Assembly (NCBI GenBank): GCA_963559065.1
Contig: CAUWIY010000006.1
Coordinates: 5,748-69,747, forward strand
Length of the DNA stretch: 64,000 bases
DNA from: an uncultured Clostridia bacterium
GTDB taxonomy: Bacteria; Bacillota; Clostridia; TANB77; CAG-508
Direction: 5' to 3'
The notes below the pieces were generated by a model. The model saw only the letters and a list, made by a program, of their open reading frames with translations. It had not been told where the DNA came from and ran no database searches. This document shows positions 31,343-41,532 of this stretch, piece after piece. Position 1 is the stretch's first letter. Every line of letters begins with the position of its first letter. The translations under genes were made by a program, and so were the position numbers.

Positions 31343-32248
31343 ATGTTTAATTCAATAAAAAGAAATAAAAGAGAATCTGCAATAATTATCGGAATTTTTA
31401 TTATAACTATAACATTAATTGTATATTACATTTGTAATGCTCTTAATTTAGGTATGTTCTCTATAATAATTGCTCTAATGTTTTCAATAGGTAGTGCATG
31501 GGCTTCTTACTACTACAGTGACAAAATTGTATTAGCCTCTTGCAAAGCAAGACCAGCAACCAAAGAAGAAGATTTAAAACTTGTTAATATATTAGATTCT
31601 TTAATGGTTACAGCAGATTTACCAAAAAAGCCTGATTTATATATCGTTGAAGATTCTCAGCCAAACGCATTTGCAACAGGAAGAAATCCTGAGCACGCAG
31701 TTGTTTGTGTAACAACTGGATTATTAGAAAAATTAGATTACTACGAACTAGAGGGTGTTTTAGCTCATGAAGTTAGCCATATAAAAAATTATGATATTCT
31801 ATTAAGTGCTGTCGTTTCTGTTTTTGTAGGATTTATTGTTATGATTTCTGACTTATTCTCAAGAGCTGTTTTTTGGGGAGGTTTAAGAGATAATGATGAT
31901 GATAATAGCAAAGCAAACGGTATTTTAATGTTATTAGGTCTTGTTTTCTTAATATTATCACCAATATTTGGTACACTAATGCAATTAGCACTATCTAGAA
32001 AAAGAGAATTTTTAGCAGACAGTACTGCTGTTCAATTAACACGTAACCCTGATGGGCTAATATCAGCATTACAAAAATTAGAAAGTGACCCAAATGAACT
32101 AGAAGTTGCAAATTCTGCAACAGCAAATATGTATATTGTAAATCCATTTAAGAAAAATGGTCAAAGAGGAAAAAGAAAAACTTCTAACATTTGGTCTACA
32201 CACCCAAGTACAGCAGATAGAATTGATGCTTTAAGAAATATAAACTAA
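31343..32248 (+). CDS. htpX: Zinc metalloprotease HtpX (M48 family)
   Basis: HEVSHIKNYD HExxH motif and TM topology. Confidence 0.85.
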   Translation: MFNSIKRNKRESAIIIGIFIITITLIVYYICNALNLGMFSIIIALMFSIGSAWASYYYSDKIVLASCKARPATKEEDLKLVNILDSLMVTADLPKKPDLYIVEDSQPNAFATGRNPEHAVVCVTTGLLEKLDYYELEGVLAHEVSHIKNYDILLSAVVSVFVGFIVMISDLFSRAVFWGGLRDNDDDNSKANGILMLLGLVFLILSPIFGTLMQLALSRKREFLADSTAVQLTRNPDGLISALQKLESDPNELEVANSATANMYIVNPFKKNGQRGKRKTSNIWSTHPSTADRIDALRNIN

Positions 32249-32329
32249 ATTTTAAAATTTTATATAAAAAACCAACACTAAATTCTAATAGTGCTGGTTT
32301 TTATTTTGTTTTAATTTTTTTATATTTTT

Positions 32330-33154
32330 TCATATATTTTTAATATTAAATACTTTACATGTATTTTCAAAAGTCACTTTTGCAATTTTTTCAATTGGTT
32401 CTTTTTTTACATCAGCAATTTTCTGTGCAACATATTTTACATTTGCTGATATATTTCTTGTCCCTCTAACAGGTTCAGGAGCTAAATATGGGCTATCTGT
32501 TTCTATTAATAATTTATCTTCAGGAACTAACTCAATAATTTCATTAGCATTTTTTGAATTTTTAAAAGTAATTGGCCCAGCAAAAGATATATAAAACCCA
32601 AGTTTTAAAGCCTCTTTTATTAGTTCTCTATTCTGTGGGCAACAGTGAAATACTCCTCTATTTCTTACTTCATTATTTTTCAACACATCGATTGTATCCA
32701 TAACAGCTTCTCTTGTATGAATAACAATTGGCAAATCAAATTCATTTGCTATTTTTATTTGTTCCACAAAAGCTTTTTTCTGCAATTCTTTGTTATCAGT
32801 ATTCCAATAGTAATCTAAACCAATTTCTCCAATAGCTATAACTTTATCTGTATTTTGACTTACTATTTCTCTAATTTTATCAAGCTGTTTCCACAACTCT
32901 TCCTCATTTTGTGGAATATCATTTGGAGAAACGCCACAGGTTGTGTACATAAATTCATATTCTTTAGCGATTTTAAGTGCTTTTATTGAACTTTCTACAC
33001 TATATCCCGCTGTTATTAAATTAGTCACATTATTTTTTAAATTTTCTTGTATAACTTCTTTTATATCTTTATCAAATTTCTCGTCATTTAAATGACAATG
33101 ACTATCAAATAATTTATACATAATTTTTATCCTTTCTACTTCTTGTTTATTCAT
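32330..33154 (-). CDS. tatD: TatD family metal-dependent DNase/hydrolase
   Basis: N-terminal FDSHCHL and TIM-barrel metallohydrolase motifs. Confidence 0.85.
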   Translation of the reverse strand: MNKQEVERIKIMYKLFDSHCHLNDEKFDKDIKEVIQENLKNNVTNLITAGYSVESSIKALKIAKEYEFMYTTCGVSPNDIPQNEEELWKQLDKIREIVSQNTDKVIAIGEIGLDYYWNTDNKELQKKAFVEQIKIANEFDLPIVIHTREAVMDTIDVLKNNEVRNRGVFHCCPQNRELIKEALKLGFYISFAGPITFKNSKNANEIIELVPEDKLLIETDSPYLAPEPVRGTRNISANVKYVAQKIADVKKEPIEKIAKVTFENTCKVFNIKNI

Positions 33155-33521
33155 ATAAAACAGTCACATTAGCCACTGCATAACTTTTACAATGTGAAAT
33201 ACTTACATCAATATCCTTCAGCCTATTACCAAAGTCATGATTTATATTTATTTTAGGTTTTCCATCTAATTTATTTGTAATCTCAATATCTTTCCAATTA
33301 ATCTGATATTTATTTTCTAATAAATTTGCAACAGCTTTCAATGTTGCCTCTTTTGCCGCAAATCTCGCTGCATAACTTTGATATTTTTGTATTTTTTTAC
33401 TTTCACAATATGCTATTTCTTCATCTGTAAAAACTCGATTTAAAAATCGAGTTTTTAACTTTTTTATACAGTTTTCTATTCTATCTATTTCAATAATGTC
33501 AATTCCACAACTAATTTTCAC
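33147..33521 (-). CDS. acpS: Holo-[acyl-carrier-protein] synthase
   Basis: GIDIIEIDRI and SISHCKSYAVA motifs, 124 aa. Confidence 0.85.
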   Translation of the reverse strand: MKISCGIDIIEIDRIENCIKKLKTRFLNRVFTDEEIAYCESKKIQKYQSYAARFAAKEATLKAVANLLENKYQINWKDIEITNKLDGKPKININHDFGNRLKDIDVSISHCKSYAVANVTVLYE

Positions 33522-33537
33522 TAATATTCTTCTCCTA

Positions 33538-35061
33538 TTATTCTTGATTATAGTAATTCATATTAATATCTGCACCTAAATGCCATCTTCCAATAAAATC
33601 AACTAATAAATAATTATCTAAATTATAAGTTGGTTCTTGAATAACTTTACCACTACTATTAATAGAGCCCCATTTTCCGTCTTTTTTTATTCCTGCAAAT
33701 CCATAGTCATTTTGTTCTGTTGCATCATCATAATTATAGTCAACTATTACTTTTCCATTTTTATCTACAAAACCATATTTTCCATCTTTTTTAGATAAAT
33801 ACAAAGTTTTATTTGGATAGAAATCCGCTTCTGATTTTTCTTCAAATTTAAAGTTATAGTACTTATAATTATCTTCTTGTCTTAACTTAAGATAGCCTTT
33901 TTCACTATTAAAATCAACTAATATTCCTGAAAGTTTATTTTCTAAATTATTATTTAAAATATTAGCATTACCTTCACTATCTTCTGCAATATACAAATCA
34001 GCTTTTTCTTGATAAGTGATATTTTCATATATAAACGGAATTTTCTCTTCATTAGAAATATTAACAATTCCATATTTTCCATCTTTTTTTGCTATAAAAA
34101 TTCCTGTTTTAGTTTCTTTTAAGTCATCATATTGCACTGCCATAATAACATTTCCTGTAAAATCCATAATTCCATATTTTCCATCTTTATTAAAAATAAC
34201 AGCATTTTCTTGACTAGATAACACTTGAGTAATATCAGTAAATCCTGATGTTAACACATCTACATTACCTTTTTTAACCAATTTTTTTATTCCATTTTCC
34301 ACAACTACATAACAATCATTTCCATAGACTTTTGTGATTTCATCATATTTTATATTTAAAATAATATTTTTAGAATAATCTAAAATTCCATATTTATTAT
34401 CATTTTTAACTATATATCCAGATTTATTATCTTTTCCTAATATTCTTACATCTGTGTATTCTGGAGATAATACTATTTTTCCATCTCCATCTGCAATTCC
34501 TATTTTTCCGTCTTTTTTTATCTTATAGCAATTTTCTATTCCTTCCATTGCAGTAATCTCATCATATTGAATTGGAAGAATTTCTTTTCCTGAAAAATCA
34601 ATTAATCCATATAAATTACCTTGTTTTACTTTTAAAACATCTTTTTCATACCATAAACTAGAACTTTCGTTTTTATTTTGTACAGCTTCTACTTTATCAT
34701 AGTTTTTTAATATTTCTTCATTTTTTTCATTTAAAACTTTAGTATTATATTCACCTGTTTCATAATTTACATCATATGTACAAATAAATACACCTGCTTT
34801 ATTATCTGGAACTACTATCATCTCTCTATAAGAAGGATCTATTACTATATCCCCATTAGAATCAATTACTCCCCACTTATTATCCTTATAAAAACTAAAA
34901 TAACTTAAACTACTTATCTTTTTAGAATCTTTGTTAGTAAAAATTCTTCTTATCATTAGAACACACATAATTACTACAATTATTGCAATAATAACTGCAA
35001 AAACCTTTTTTATATTTAGTTTTGGTTCTTTATCATATCTTCTTCCTCTACCTCTACTCAT
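33538..35061 (-). CDS. WG/KWG-repeat-containing membrane-anchored protein
   Basis: Repeated ..KWGVID/KYGI(L/M)D..G..VI(P/E)..YD.. modules (more than 8 copies) and an N-terminal TM. Confidence 0.65.
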   Translation of the reverse strand: MSRGRGRRYDKEPKLNIKKVFAVIIAIIVVIMCVLMIRRIFTNKDSKKISSLSYFSFYKDNKWGVIDSNGDIVIDPSYREMIVVPDNKAGVFICTYDVNYETGEYNTKVLNEKNEEILKNYDKVEAVQNKNESSSLWYEKDVLKVKQGNLYGLIDFSGKEILPIQYDEITAMEGIENCYKIKKDGKIGIADGDGKIVLSPEYTDVRILGKDNKSGYIVKNDNKYGILDYSKNIILNIKYDEITKVYGNDCYVVVENGIKKLVKKGNVDVLTSGFTDITQVLSSQENAVIFNKDGKYGIMDFTGNVIMAVQYDDLKETKTGIFIAKKDGKYGIVNISNEEKIPFIYENITYQEKADLYIAEDSEGNANILNNNLENKLSGILVDFNSEKGYLKLRQEDNYKYYNFKFEEKSEADFYPNKTLYLSKKDGKYGFVDKNGKVIVDYNYDDATEQNDYGFAGIKKDGKWGSINSSGKVIQEPTYNLDNYLLVDFIGRWHLGADINMNYYNQE

Positions 35062-35123
35062 GGTATCCTCCTTTTACGTATCTAATATAGCACAAAACAT
35101 TGACTTTTTCAAGTGATATAAAA

Positions 35124-37628
35124 CTACAATGTAATTTCTGGATTATCTTCTAATATTTTATCTACTATATTTTCACCTATTTTAAAAGCTGTAACATATC
35201 CTTGTAAATAATTTGCTTTATCTTTTAAACTCTCATTTTGAACATTGACATATATTTTAGATTTTCCCTTTCCATTTTTAGCCTCTTGCACTAAATTTAA
35301 TACTGGAGAATTACCATCAAGAGCTATAACAATTGAACTTCTTCTTTCAAATATTTCATAGTTAAAACTCTTATATATTCCAAATTCTTCACTTTCAGTT
35401 GATATTCGTATTCCATCTACTCCTTCTCGCATTAGCTTCATAGCATTTTCCATTAATATCATTTTTGGAGCAACTGCATATATCTCAAATTTTTTGTCTA
35501 TTTTCTTTGCAATATCTACTATTGCCTTTTCATATCCTTCCATTTTATGTCCAATTACAAAATACGCTTTGTTATTATCTACTTTATTCATTAATTCTTC
35601 TAATACAGAAATTTGATTATCATCTAATAATGTCTTTACACCTTTGGCATTAAAACTTCCTCCAGCAATAATTATAGGAACTTTATCATCTGGCAATTCT
35701 CTTATTTTTTTCTTTAATATTTCTTCTGATTCTACCTTATTGTTTAATCTTAGTTTTATTTTACGATTTTTACTTTGAAAATCAATTTCTTCTTCTAAAT
35801 CTAATAATGACTCTCTTATTGTTCTTCCCGCTAAGAATTCCTCGAACTTTTTACTTTTTTCTTTAAAGTATTTTTCGGAATTTGCTATAATTTCATTTTC
35901 AACAGTTCTCATTTTTTGAAAATCTTCATACTGTAATCCCAATAAATTTTGCAATGCTAATTGCTCATCAATAGTATCTATTCCATAAAAACCGCATCCA
36001 TCTGTACCTTGTACACATTTTATATCATTTTCCAAATATGTTTTTAAAGGATGATTTTCTAATGTAGTTAAATTATTTAATCTTACATTAGATGTTAATT
36101 GAAACTCAAGCACTCCTCCTGTATTTTTTATCTCTTTTATTAGTTCTTTACCCTCTCTTGAATTTAAATCAGCTGTGTAAAGTCCATGTCCAATTCTGTA
36201 TTTTGGCATTTTCTGACCAGGCTTTAAGCTTTCTTTTATACATTGTATTGATTTTGACACATTGCTTCTTAAACTATCATTTTCTCCCGCATGTATTCTA
36301 ACTGTAAAATCATTATCTTCGGCACATACATACTGCACTATTTCTTCTATAACCGGCTTTAATTCAGAAATATCATTAATTTCTTCTCCTATGAAATCAC
36401 TTCCTACTACATATGGACTTTTTGCAATTGCTTTAAGTACATTTAAGTTTTCACGCAAATATGTATCACTTGTTTGTATATCTTTTATTATAGTAAGAAT
36501 AATTCTTCTTATTCCAATTAAAAATCTAAGTTTAACACCTGTTTCTTCTTCTATTTTAGGCATTATTTCGTGTATTTCTTCTAATAATTCAATAGCTGGT
36601 AATCCTTTTTTAGCCAAAGTTGTGTCTGTTATTTCAGAATAATAAATACCTTGTTTTTTATATTCTCTCGCAATCCACAATAATTTATCTTGCATTAAGG
36701 AATTATCTTTATATATGCTGTCATTTGCTTCATCATCTAACATTTTTAACAATGTTTGTTTAATACTATTATCTGGTATATTTAAATATTTATATATGTC
36801 TACATCTATTTTTTCTTTACTTTCAATCCCTTTTGTAAAAACATACCTATATATGTACAGTTTTTCCAAGTTTGTAAAAACCGCTTGACCATCTTTAAGC
36901 ATTTCTAGGCTTTTACTTATTTTTCTTATATTTTCTTCAGCATTATCTAAATTATTTAAAATTAAATCTGCAAAATTAATAAATGTATTATCATCTATTT
37001 TTCTTGTTAAGTATTTTCCTTTTAATTCTGAATTCTTAAATAATTTTGCAACTTCTTCTCTTTGCTTATAAATTTTTTCTTCTTGCTCTTGTGTTAAAAC
37101 AATATTTAATTTCTTTACATAATACAGTGGATATTGGATTTGATGTTTTAGTCCCAATGCTATTAAACAATCTGATGGTAAGTTTGCATTCATGTGTGTA
37201 TGTAAATCAGTTCTAAATTTTAGTTTTTTTAATATATATGATTTTACTATTGTTTTGTTAATATCTAGTTTATAGTTTTTAGTTTGAGACATTAGAACCT
37301 TACTAATTGTCGGAATTTTTGCTTTTATTTCTATCTTTCCATTTGTATAAATATTTGCAATTTTTATTCCTCCTAGTCTAAATATGTAAACTTCTTCATT
37401 GTCTCCATTTATACTTAATGGTATTGTCCCTGATATTATTTTCATACCTTTTTCGTTTTTTATAGTTTTTACATCACAGATTTTAGCTATATTCGTTATT
37501 AAATTTCCGGTGTTGTGATTTGGCGTTTCTAATATATACTTTAGTTCATCATCTTTTTCAAATAAGTTTACTACTATGTCTTTTTCTTTGTCTAAGTAAA
37601 ATTTTCCCTGTATTTTGCTTTCTTTCAT
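35124..37628 (-). CDS. Adenosine/AMP-deaminase-fold (metal-dependent amidohydrolase) fusion protein with an N-terminal extension and a C-terminal Rossmann-like (SLOG/LOG-like) domain
   Basis: ADA catalytic motifs in the correct order, DLHTHMN (HxH), VRIHAGE (HAGE) and QGTDGCG (catalytic Asp), with extra domains of about 130 aa at the N-terminus and about 270 aa at the C-terminus (PIIIAGGSFNAKG..YFVIGHKMEGYE). Confidence 0.55.
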   Translation of the reverse strand: MKESKIQGKFYLDKEKDIVVNLFEKDDELKYILETPNHNTGNLITNIAKICDVKTIKNEKGMKIISGTIPLSINGDNEEVYIFRLGGIKIANIYTNGKIEIKAKIPTISKVLMSQTKNYKLDINKTIVKSYILKKLKFRTDLHTHMNANLPSDCLIALGLKHQIQYPLYYVKKLNIVLTQEQEEKIYKQREEVAKLFKNSELKGKYLTRKIDDNTFINFADLILNNLDNAEENIRKISKSLEMLKDGQAVFTNLEKLYIYRYVFTKGIESKEKIDVDIYKYLNIPDNSIKQTLLKMLDDEANDSIYKDNSLMQDKLLWIAREYKKQGIYYSEITDTTLAKKGLPAIELLEEIHEIMPKIEEETGVKLRFLIGIRRIILTIIKDIQTSDTYLRENLNVLKAIAKSPYVVGSDFIGEEINDISELKPVIEEIVQYVCAEDNDFTVRIHAGENDSLRSNVSKSIQCIKESLKPGQKMPKYRIGHGLYTADLNSREGKELIKEIKNTGGVLEFQLTSNVRLNNLTTLENHPLKTYLENDIKCVQGTDGCGFYGIDTIDEQLALQNLLGLQYEDFQKMRTVENEIIANSEKYFKEKSKKFEEFLAGRTIRESLLDLEEEIDFQSKNRKIKLRLNNKVESEEILKKKIRELPDDKVPIIIAGGSFNAKGVKTLLDDNQISVLEELMNKVDNNKAYFVIGHKMEGYEKAIVDIAKKIDKKFEIYAVAPKMILMENAMKLMREGVDGIRISTESEEFGIYKSFNYEIFERRSSIVIALDGNSPVLNLVQEAKNGKGKSKIYVNVQNESLKDKANYLQGYVTAFKIGENIVDKILEDNPEITL

Positions 37629-37829
37629 ATGACATTCCCCTTTTTATAATTTTATAAATTGTTAATTCAATATTTTATCATATTTTATTAAGTTTTTCAA
37701 TTATTTATGTTGACTTTTAAAATTAATTTAGAACCATTTGTGTTGTTATATGTTCAAATAATAATAAAAAAGAATCAAGTTATATAATAATTTCTATTAT
37801 ATAATTGACTCTTTTTTATTGTTTTATTT

Positions 37830-39233
37830 TTACCAATATGTCTGCACTTCACTTAGGTCATCATCAGAACACCAAAGTTCATATATATTAAATGTTCCTG
37901 TACCTCTGCTTCCATAACTAGACATACTAAATTTACATTTTACAGCTCCTTCTGGAACTATATGGCTAACAGTTGTTAATTGATCTAGCTTTGTATATGC
38001 TGCATTTCCCCAACCGCCACCAGATAGTACCTTTCCATTTTTATCTTGAAAATACATAAATCCATATAGACCTCCTTTCCATAATCCTGATGCTTTAATC
38101 GTCATGTATTTCCCCCAACATGAGGGGTCTATATTTAGATAGTAAATTTGTTTTGATGAATTTAAGTAAAAGTCTGTTGTTTCATTTTTATCATAAGCAA
38201 ACTTACCTAGTGCATCTATAGCTAACTCTTCTGGTTCAACGACTCCGTCAGATGTTAATTTTGCATATTCTCCCGTTAGTGTCGTTACATTAATCGTTTT
38301 TGATTGTGTTTTATTTCCAGCTTTATCATATGCTATAACATATATGTTATAATTAGTATTTCTTGATAGTTCCTTAAACGAATAATTTGTTTCATGTGAT
38401 TCATATTTTCTATAATTAGATACTGTAGCTTCTTTTATATAATATTCATACTTATCCATTCCACTTTTTGCATATTCTGCAGTCTCTTCTGTATCTTCTG
38501 TATTAATACTAATGTTAATATATTTACTTCCAGTTTCAGAGACATTGACTGTAACGTCTTTTGGGGCTAATTTATCTATTTTGTTTACCTCCACATTTTT
38601 AGTTAATGTTGCCCCTGTAGTATCTGTTATTGTAAATTCATAACTTCCATTTTTATTTATTGTATATGTTCCATCACCATTACTAGTTAGTCCTTCCGGT
38701 GCTTGTATTTTTGTTATTTCTCCATTTGAAGACGATACATCTATTGTTAGTTTTACATTTTCACTTGTAAACACTTTCGGTTCTAATTTGTAACTAAATC
38801 TTATTCCTTTTATTTTACCTTCTATTGTTACATTTAGATTTTCGTCTATACTATAATTATAGTCCTTATATTCTCCTATTATCTCATTATTGGATAATTC
38901 TGCTGTTATTCCATCTAATTTTTCTTGTAATTGTCCTCCTACCAAACTTTCTAATGTCACTTCATTTCCTTTTGGCACTTGATCAATTTGAATATCCATT
39001 ATTGCCATATCAATTTCTTCTTTTAATTGTCCTTTTATTGTTTTTTCTTCTGCTTCCTTTGCTCTTGCAAACAAACCATTTTCTCCTGTTAATGTCGCTA
39101 TTGTTATTCCTGCTAAAATAAGCAAAATTATTATTGTTATTACTAGAGCAATTAGTGTTATTCCTTTTTCTTTATAAAATTTAGTATATTCTTTGTCCGT
39201 ACTTCTACTTAAACTTTTTCCTATGTTTATCAA
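37830..39233 (-). CDS. Surface-protein paralog with prepilin-like N-terminal anchor, shared 130-aa module, FN3-like domain and a C-terminal beta-sandwich domain
   Basis: N-terminus KGITLIALVITIIILLILAGITIATLTGENGLFARAKEAEEKTIKGQLKEEIDMAIMDIQ... is nearly identical to the 39263 gene in protein and DNA. Has an SD with an apparent TTG start. Confidence 0.6.
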   Translation of the reverse strand: MINIGKSLSRSTDKEYTKFYKEKGITLIALVITIIILLILAGITIATLTGENGLFARAKEAEEKTIKGQLKEEIDMAIMDIQIDQVPKGNEVTLESLVGGQLQEKLDGITAELSNNEIIGEYKDYNYSIDENLNVTIEGKIKGIRFSYKLEPKVFTSENVKLTIDVSSSNGEITKIQAPEGLTSNGDGTYTINKNGSYEFTITDTTGATLTKNVEVNKIDKLAPKDVTVNVSETGSKYINISINTEDTEETAEYAKSGMDKYEYYIKEATVSNYRKYESHETNYSFKELSRNTNYNIYVIAYDKAGNKTQSKTINVTTLTGEYAKLTSDGVVEPEELAIDALGKFAYDKNETTDFYLNSSKQIYYLNIDPSCWGKYMTIKASGLWKGGLYGFMYFQDKNGKVLSGGGWGNAAYTKLDQLTTVSHIVPEGAVKCKFSMSSYGSRGTGTFNIYELWCSDDDLSEVQTYW

Positions 39234-39262
39234 TTTTCAACTCTCCTTTTTATCCTATTCTA

Positions 39263-40915
39263 TTAATATTCCCATGAATATTCTCCACCATATACTCCTA
39301 AGTTTGATTGACTTCCATCTGGATTTACTCCTGTTCCAACATTTTTCCATTTACTTTCATCATCTGTTATTCTATATGTTGATGTATCTACTTTTGGTGT
39401 TGATGTAATATAATTTGTTTTGTAGTTCCACTTATCATCTGTTGTATCTCCATATACTGAAGAAGTAAATCCACCATAACAATTTGTTAGTTTTATTGAA
39501 CCTCTATCTGTTCTAATCATTGAAGATACATTATTTAAAAGAGTACAATTATTCAATTTATAAGATGATTCCCATGGTATAAAATATGATGCACCTGCAT
39601 TATTTGGCATATTTCTTAATATAACAGCATTTAAAGCAATATCATTCTTAGTAAATATTGCATTTCCTGTAGTAAAATCTTTTGCATCCCATATTAATCT
39701 ATAAATATTTACAGAATAATCTCTACTTCCTCCTCCTTTGTTTGCATATAATCCATTTACTTTTAATATCGTTTTTTCTTTTTGTCCGTATATATTAATA
39801 CTTTGATTACAATTAAGTTCAAATAATCTAGTATTTAAATTGTATTCTCCTTCATTTAGCTTTATATCATATTTTATACCTCGTTCTACAATTCCATTTT
39901 GTGCTATTTTATCTAAAGTTGAATATGGTTTTTCTTTTGTTCCATCACCATTCTCATCACTACCATTAATAGCATCTATATATATTTCTTTAAAACCTAC
40001 CTCTGTATCACAAAATACAATCTCAGAATTTTTACTATTATTTGCCCTATCATAAACAACAACATATATACTATATCTAGTACCTGGTTTTAAATTTGTT
40101 ATACTATATTTTGCTTCATTAGTTTCGTATTTAGTATAGTCCTTCTCTGTCTCCTCTTTTATATAATATTCATATTTTTCTATTCCACTTTTAACATTTT
40201 CACTATCTGCTTCCGAATCCTTTGCATTTGCAGTTATTGTTACACTATAACCATTTATATGTGCTTCTGGGGTAAAATCTACTGGTTCTAATTTATCTAT
40301 CTTATTTATATTTAATATTTTTGTCAGACTTTCTCCTATACTGTCTGTTATTGTAAATTCATAACTTCCATTTTTAGCTATTGTATATGTTCCATCATCA
40401 TTTGCAATTAATCCTTTAGGTACTTCTATATTCGTTATTTTTCCATTTGACGATGACACCTCTATCGTTAGTTTTATATTTGCATTTGTATATCCTTGTG
40501 GTTCTAATTTATATCTAAATCTTATTCCTTTTATTTTATCTCCTATTGTTACATTTAGTTTTTCATCTATGCTATAATTATAATCCTTATATTCTCCTAT
40601 TATATCATTATTGGATAATTCTGCTGTTATTCCATCTAATTTTTCTTGCAACTGTCCTCCTGCCAAACTTTCTAATGTCACTTCATTTCCTTTTGGCACT
40701 TGATTAATTTGAATATCCATTATTGCCATATCAATTTCTTCTTTTAATTGTCCTTTTATTGTTTTTTCTTCTGCTTCCTTTGCTCTTGCGAATAATCCAT
40801 TTTCTCCTGTTAATGTCGCTATCGTTATTCCTGCCAATATTAATAAAACTATTATTGTTATAACTAGAGCAATCAGTGTTATTCCATTTTTATTAAAAAT
40901 ATTTTCTCTCATATC
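39263..40915 (-). CDS. Surface-protein paralog (same N-terminal 190 aa as the 37830 gene) with a different C-terminal domain. The likely true start is at 40915; the ORF-table start at 41002 is probably too far upstream.
   Basis: SD AGAGGGGtagat ATG immediately before MRENIFNKNGITLIALV... The C-terminus is rich in Tyr/Asn/Gly (jelly-roll/lectin-like?). Confidence 0.6.
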   Translation of the reverse strand, partial: DMRENIFNKNGITLIALVITIIVLLILAGITIATLTGENGLFARAKEAEEKTIKGQLKEEIDMAIMDIQINQVPKGNEVTLESLAGGQLQEKLDGITAELSNNDIIGEYKDYNYSIDEKLNVTIGDKIKGIRFRYKLEPQGYTNANIKLTIEVSSSNGKITNIEVPKGLIANDDGTYTIAKNGSYEFTITDSIGESLTKILNINKIDKLEPVDFTPEAHINGYSVTITANAKDSEADSENVKSGIEKYEYYIKEETEKDYTKYETNEAKYSITNLKPGTRYSIYVVVYDRANNSKNSEIVFCDTEVGFKEIYIDAINGSDENGDGTKEKPYSTLDKIAQNGIVERGIKYDIKLNEGEYNLNTRLFELNCNQSINIYGQKEKTILKVNGLYANKGGGSRDYSVNIYRLIWDAKDFTTGNAIFTKNDIALNAVILRNMPNNAGASYFIPWESSYKLNNCTLLNNVSSMIRTDRGSIKLTNCYGGFTSSVYGDTTDDKWNYKTNYITSTPKVDTSTYRITDDESKWKNVGTGVNPDGSQSNLGVYGGEYSWEY

Positions 40916-41047
40916 TACCCCTCTTTTCTTTTGAATATCTAAAATAATTCTATCACACCAATTTTTCCTTTGCAAGCATTTTGCAATTGTTTTTAAGTGC
41001 ATATTAAAATACTTTTTTATTATAAAATACGTGCAGGAGGTAAATTT

Positions 41048-41239
41048 ATGAACAAATTAAAAATTCCAGAAAACCATAGTGGTATAAGTAAAACTCTTCG
41101 CCTACCTGAAAATATTGTTGATGACGTACAACGTTTAGCTGATTTAAAAAATTTGTCTTTTAATAAAACTATTATTTCATTAATAGAATTTAGTCTTGAC
41201 AATTTAGATGAAAATGACAAGATAAAAATACATAATTAA
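41048..41239 (+). CDS. Small ribbon-helix-helix (CopG/Arc-like) DNA-binding protein, 63 aa
   Basis: SD GCAGGAGGtaaattt ATG. A beta-strand plus two helices (SKTLRLPENIVDDVQRLADLKNLSFNKTIISLIEFSL), divergent from the 39263 gene. Confidence 0.4.
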   Translation: MNKLKIPENHSGISKTLRLPENIVDDVQRLADLKNLSFNKTIISLIEFSLDNLDENDKIKIHN

Positions 41240-41532
41240 ACAAGCACTCTATAGTTTTTTATTTATAATACAATATTATGCTTCTTTATTTTTATATTTC
41301 TATAATTTTAGAGGCTACATATAACATTTCTTAGCTCAATTTTATTTCATGAAATTTGTGTACAATTTTACACAAAAAGAGCATGAAAGTATTTATATAA
41401 AACTTCCGTGCTCTTTCTTTTTCCAACATTCAAAAACGACATTCTTAGATTTTTTATATTTTTAATTTTCAACCATTTAAACAACGTCCACATTGGTTTT
41501 TTATCTTGTTTTTTTATTTTAATTTTATTGCT

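Noticed and set aside
35124-37628. RADAR (RdrA/RdrB) defence system
   Set aside because: Only the deaminase-fold gene is present. No large AAA-ATPase RdrA partner is adjacent, so RADAR cannot be called.
41020-41220. Minus-strand 66-aa ORF overlapping the RHH gene
   Set aside because: It overlaps the better-supported, SD-preceded plus-strand RHH ORF and has no RBS of its own.
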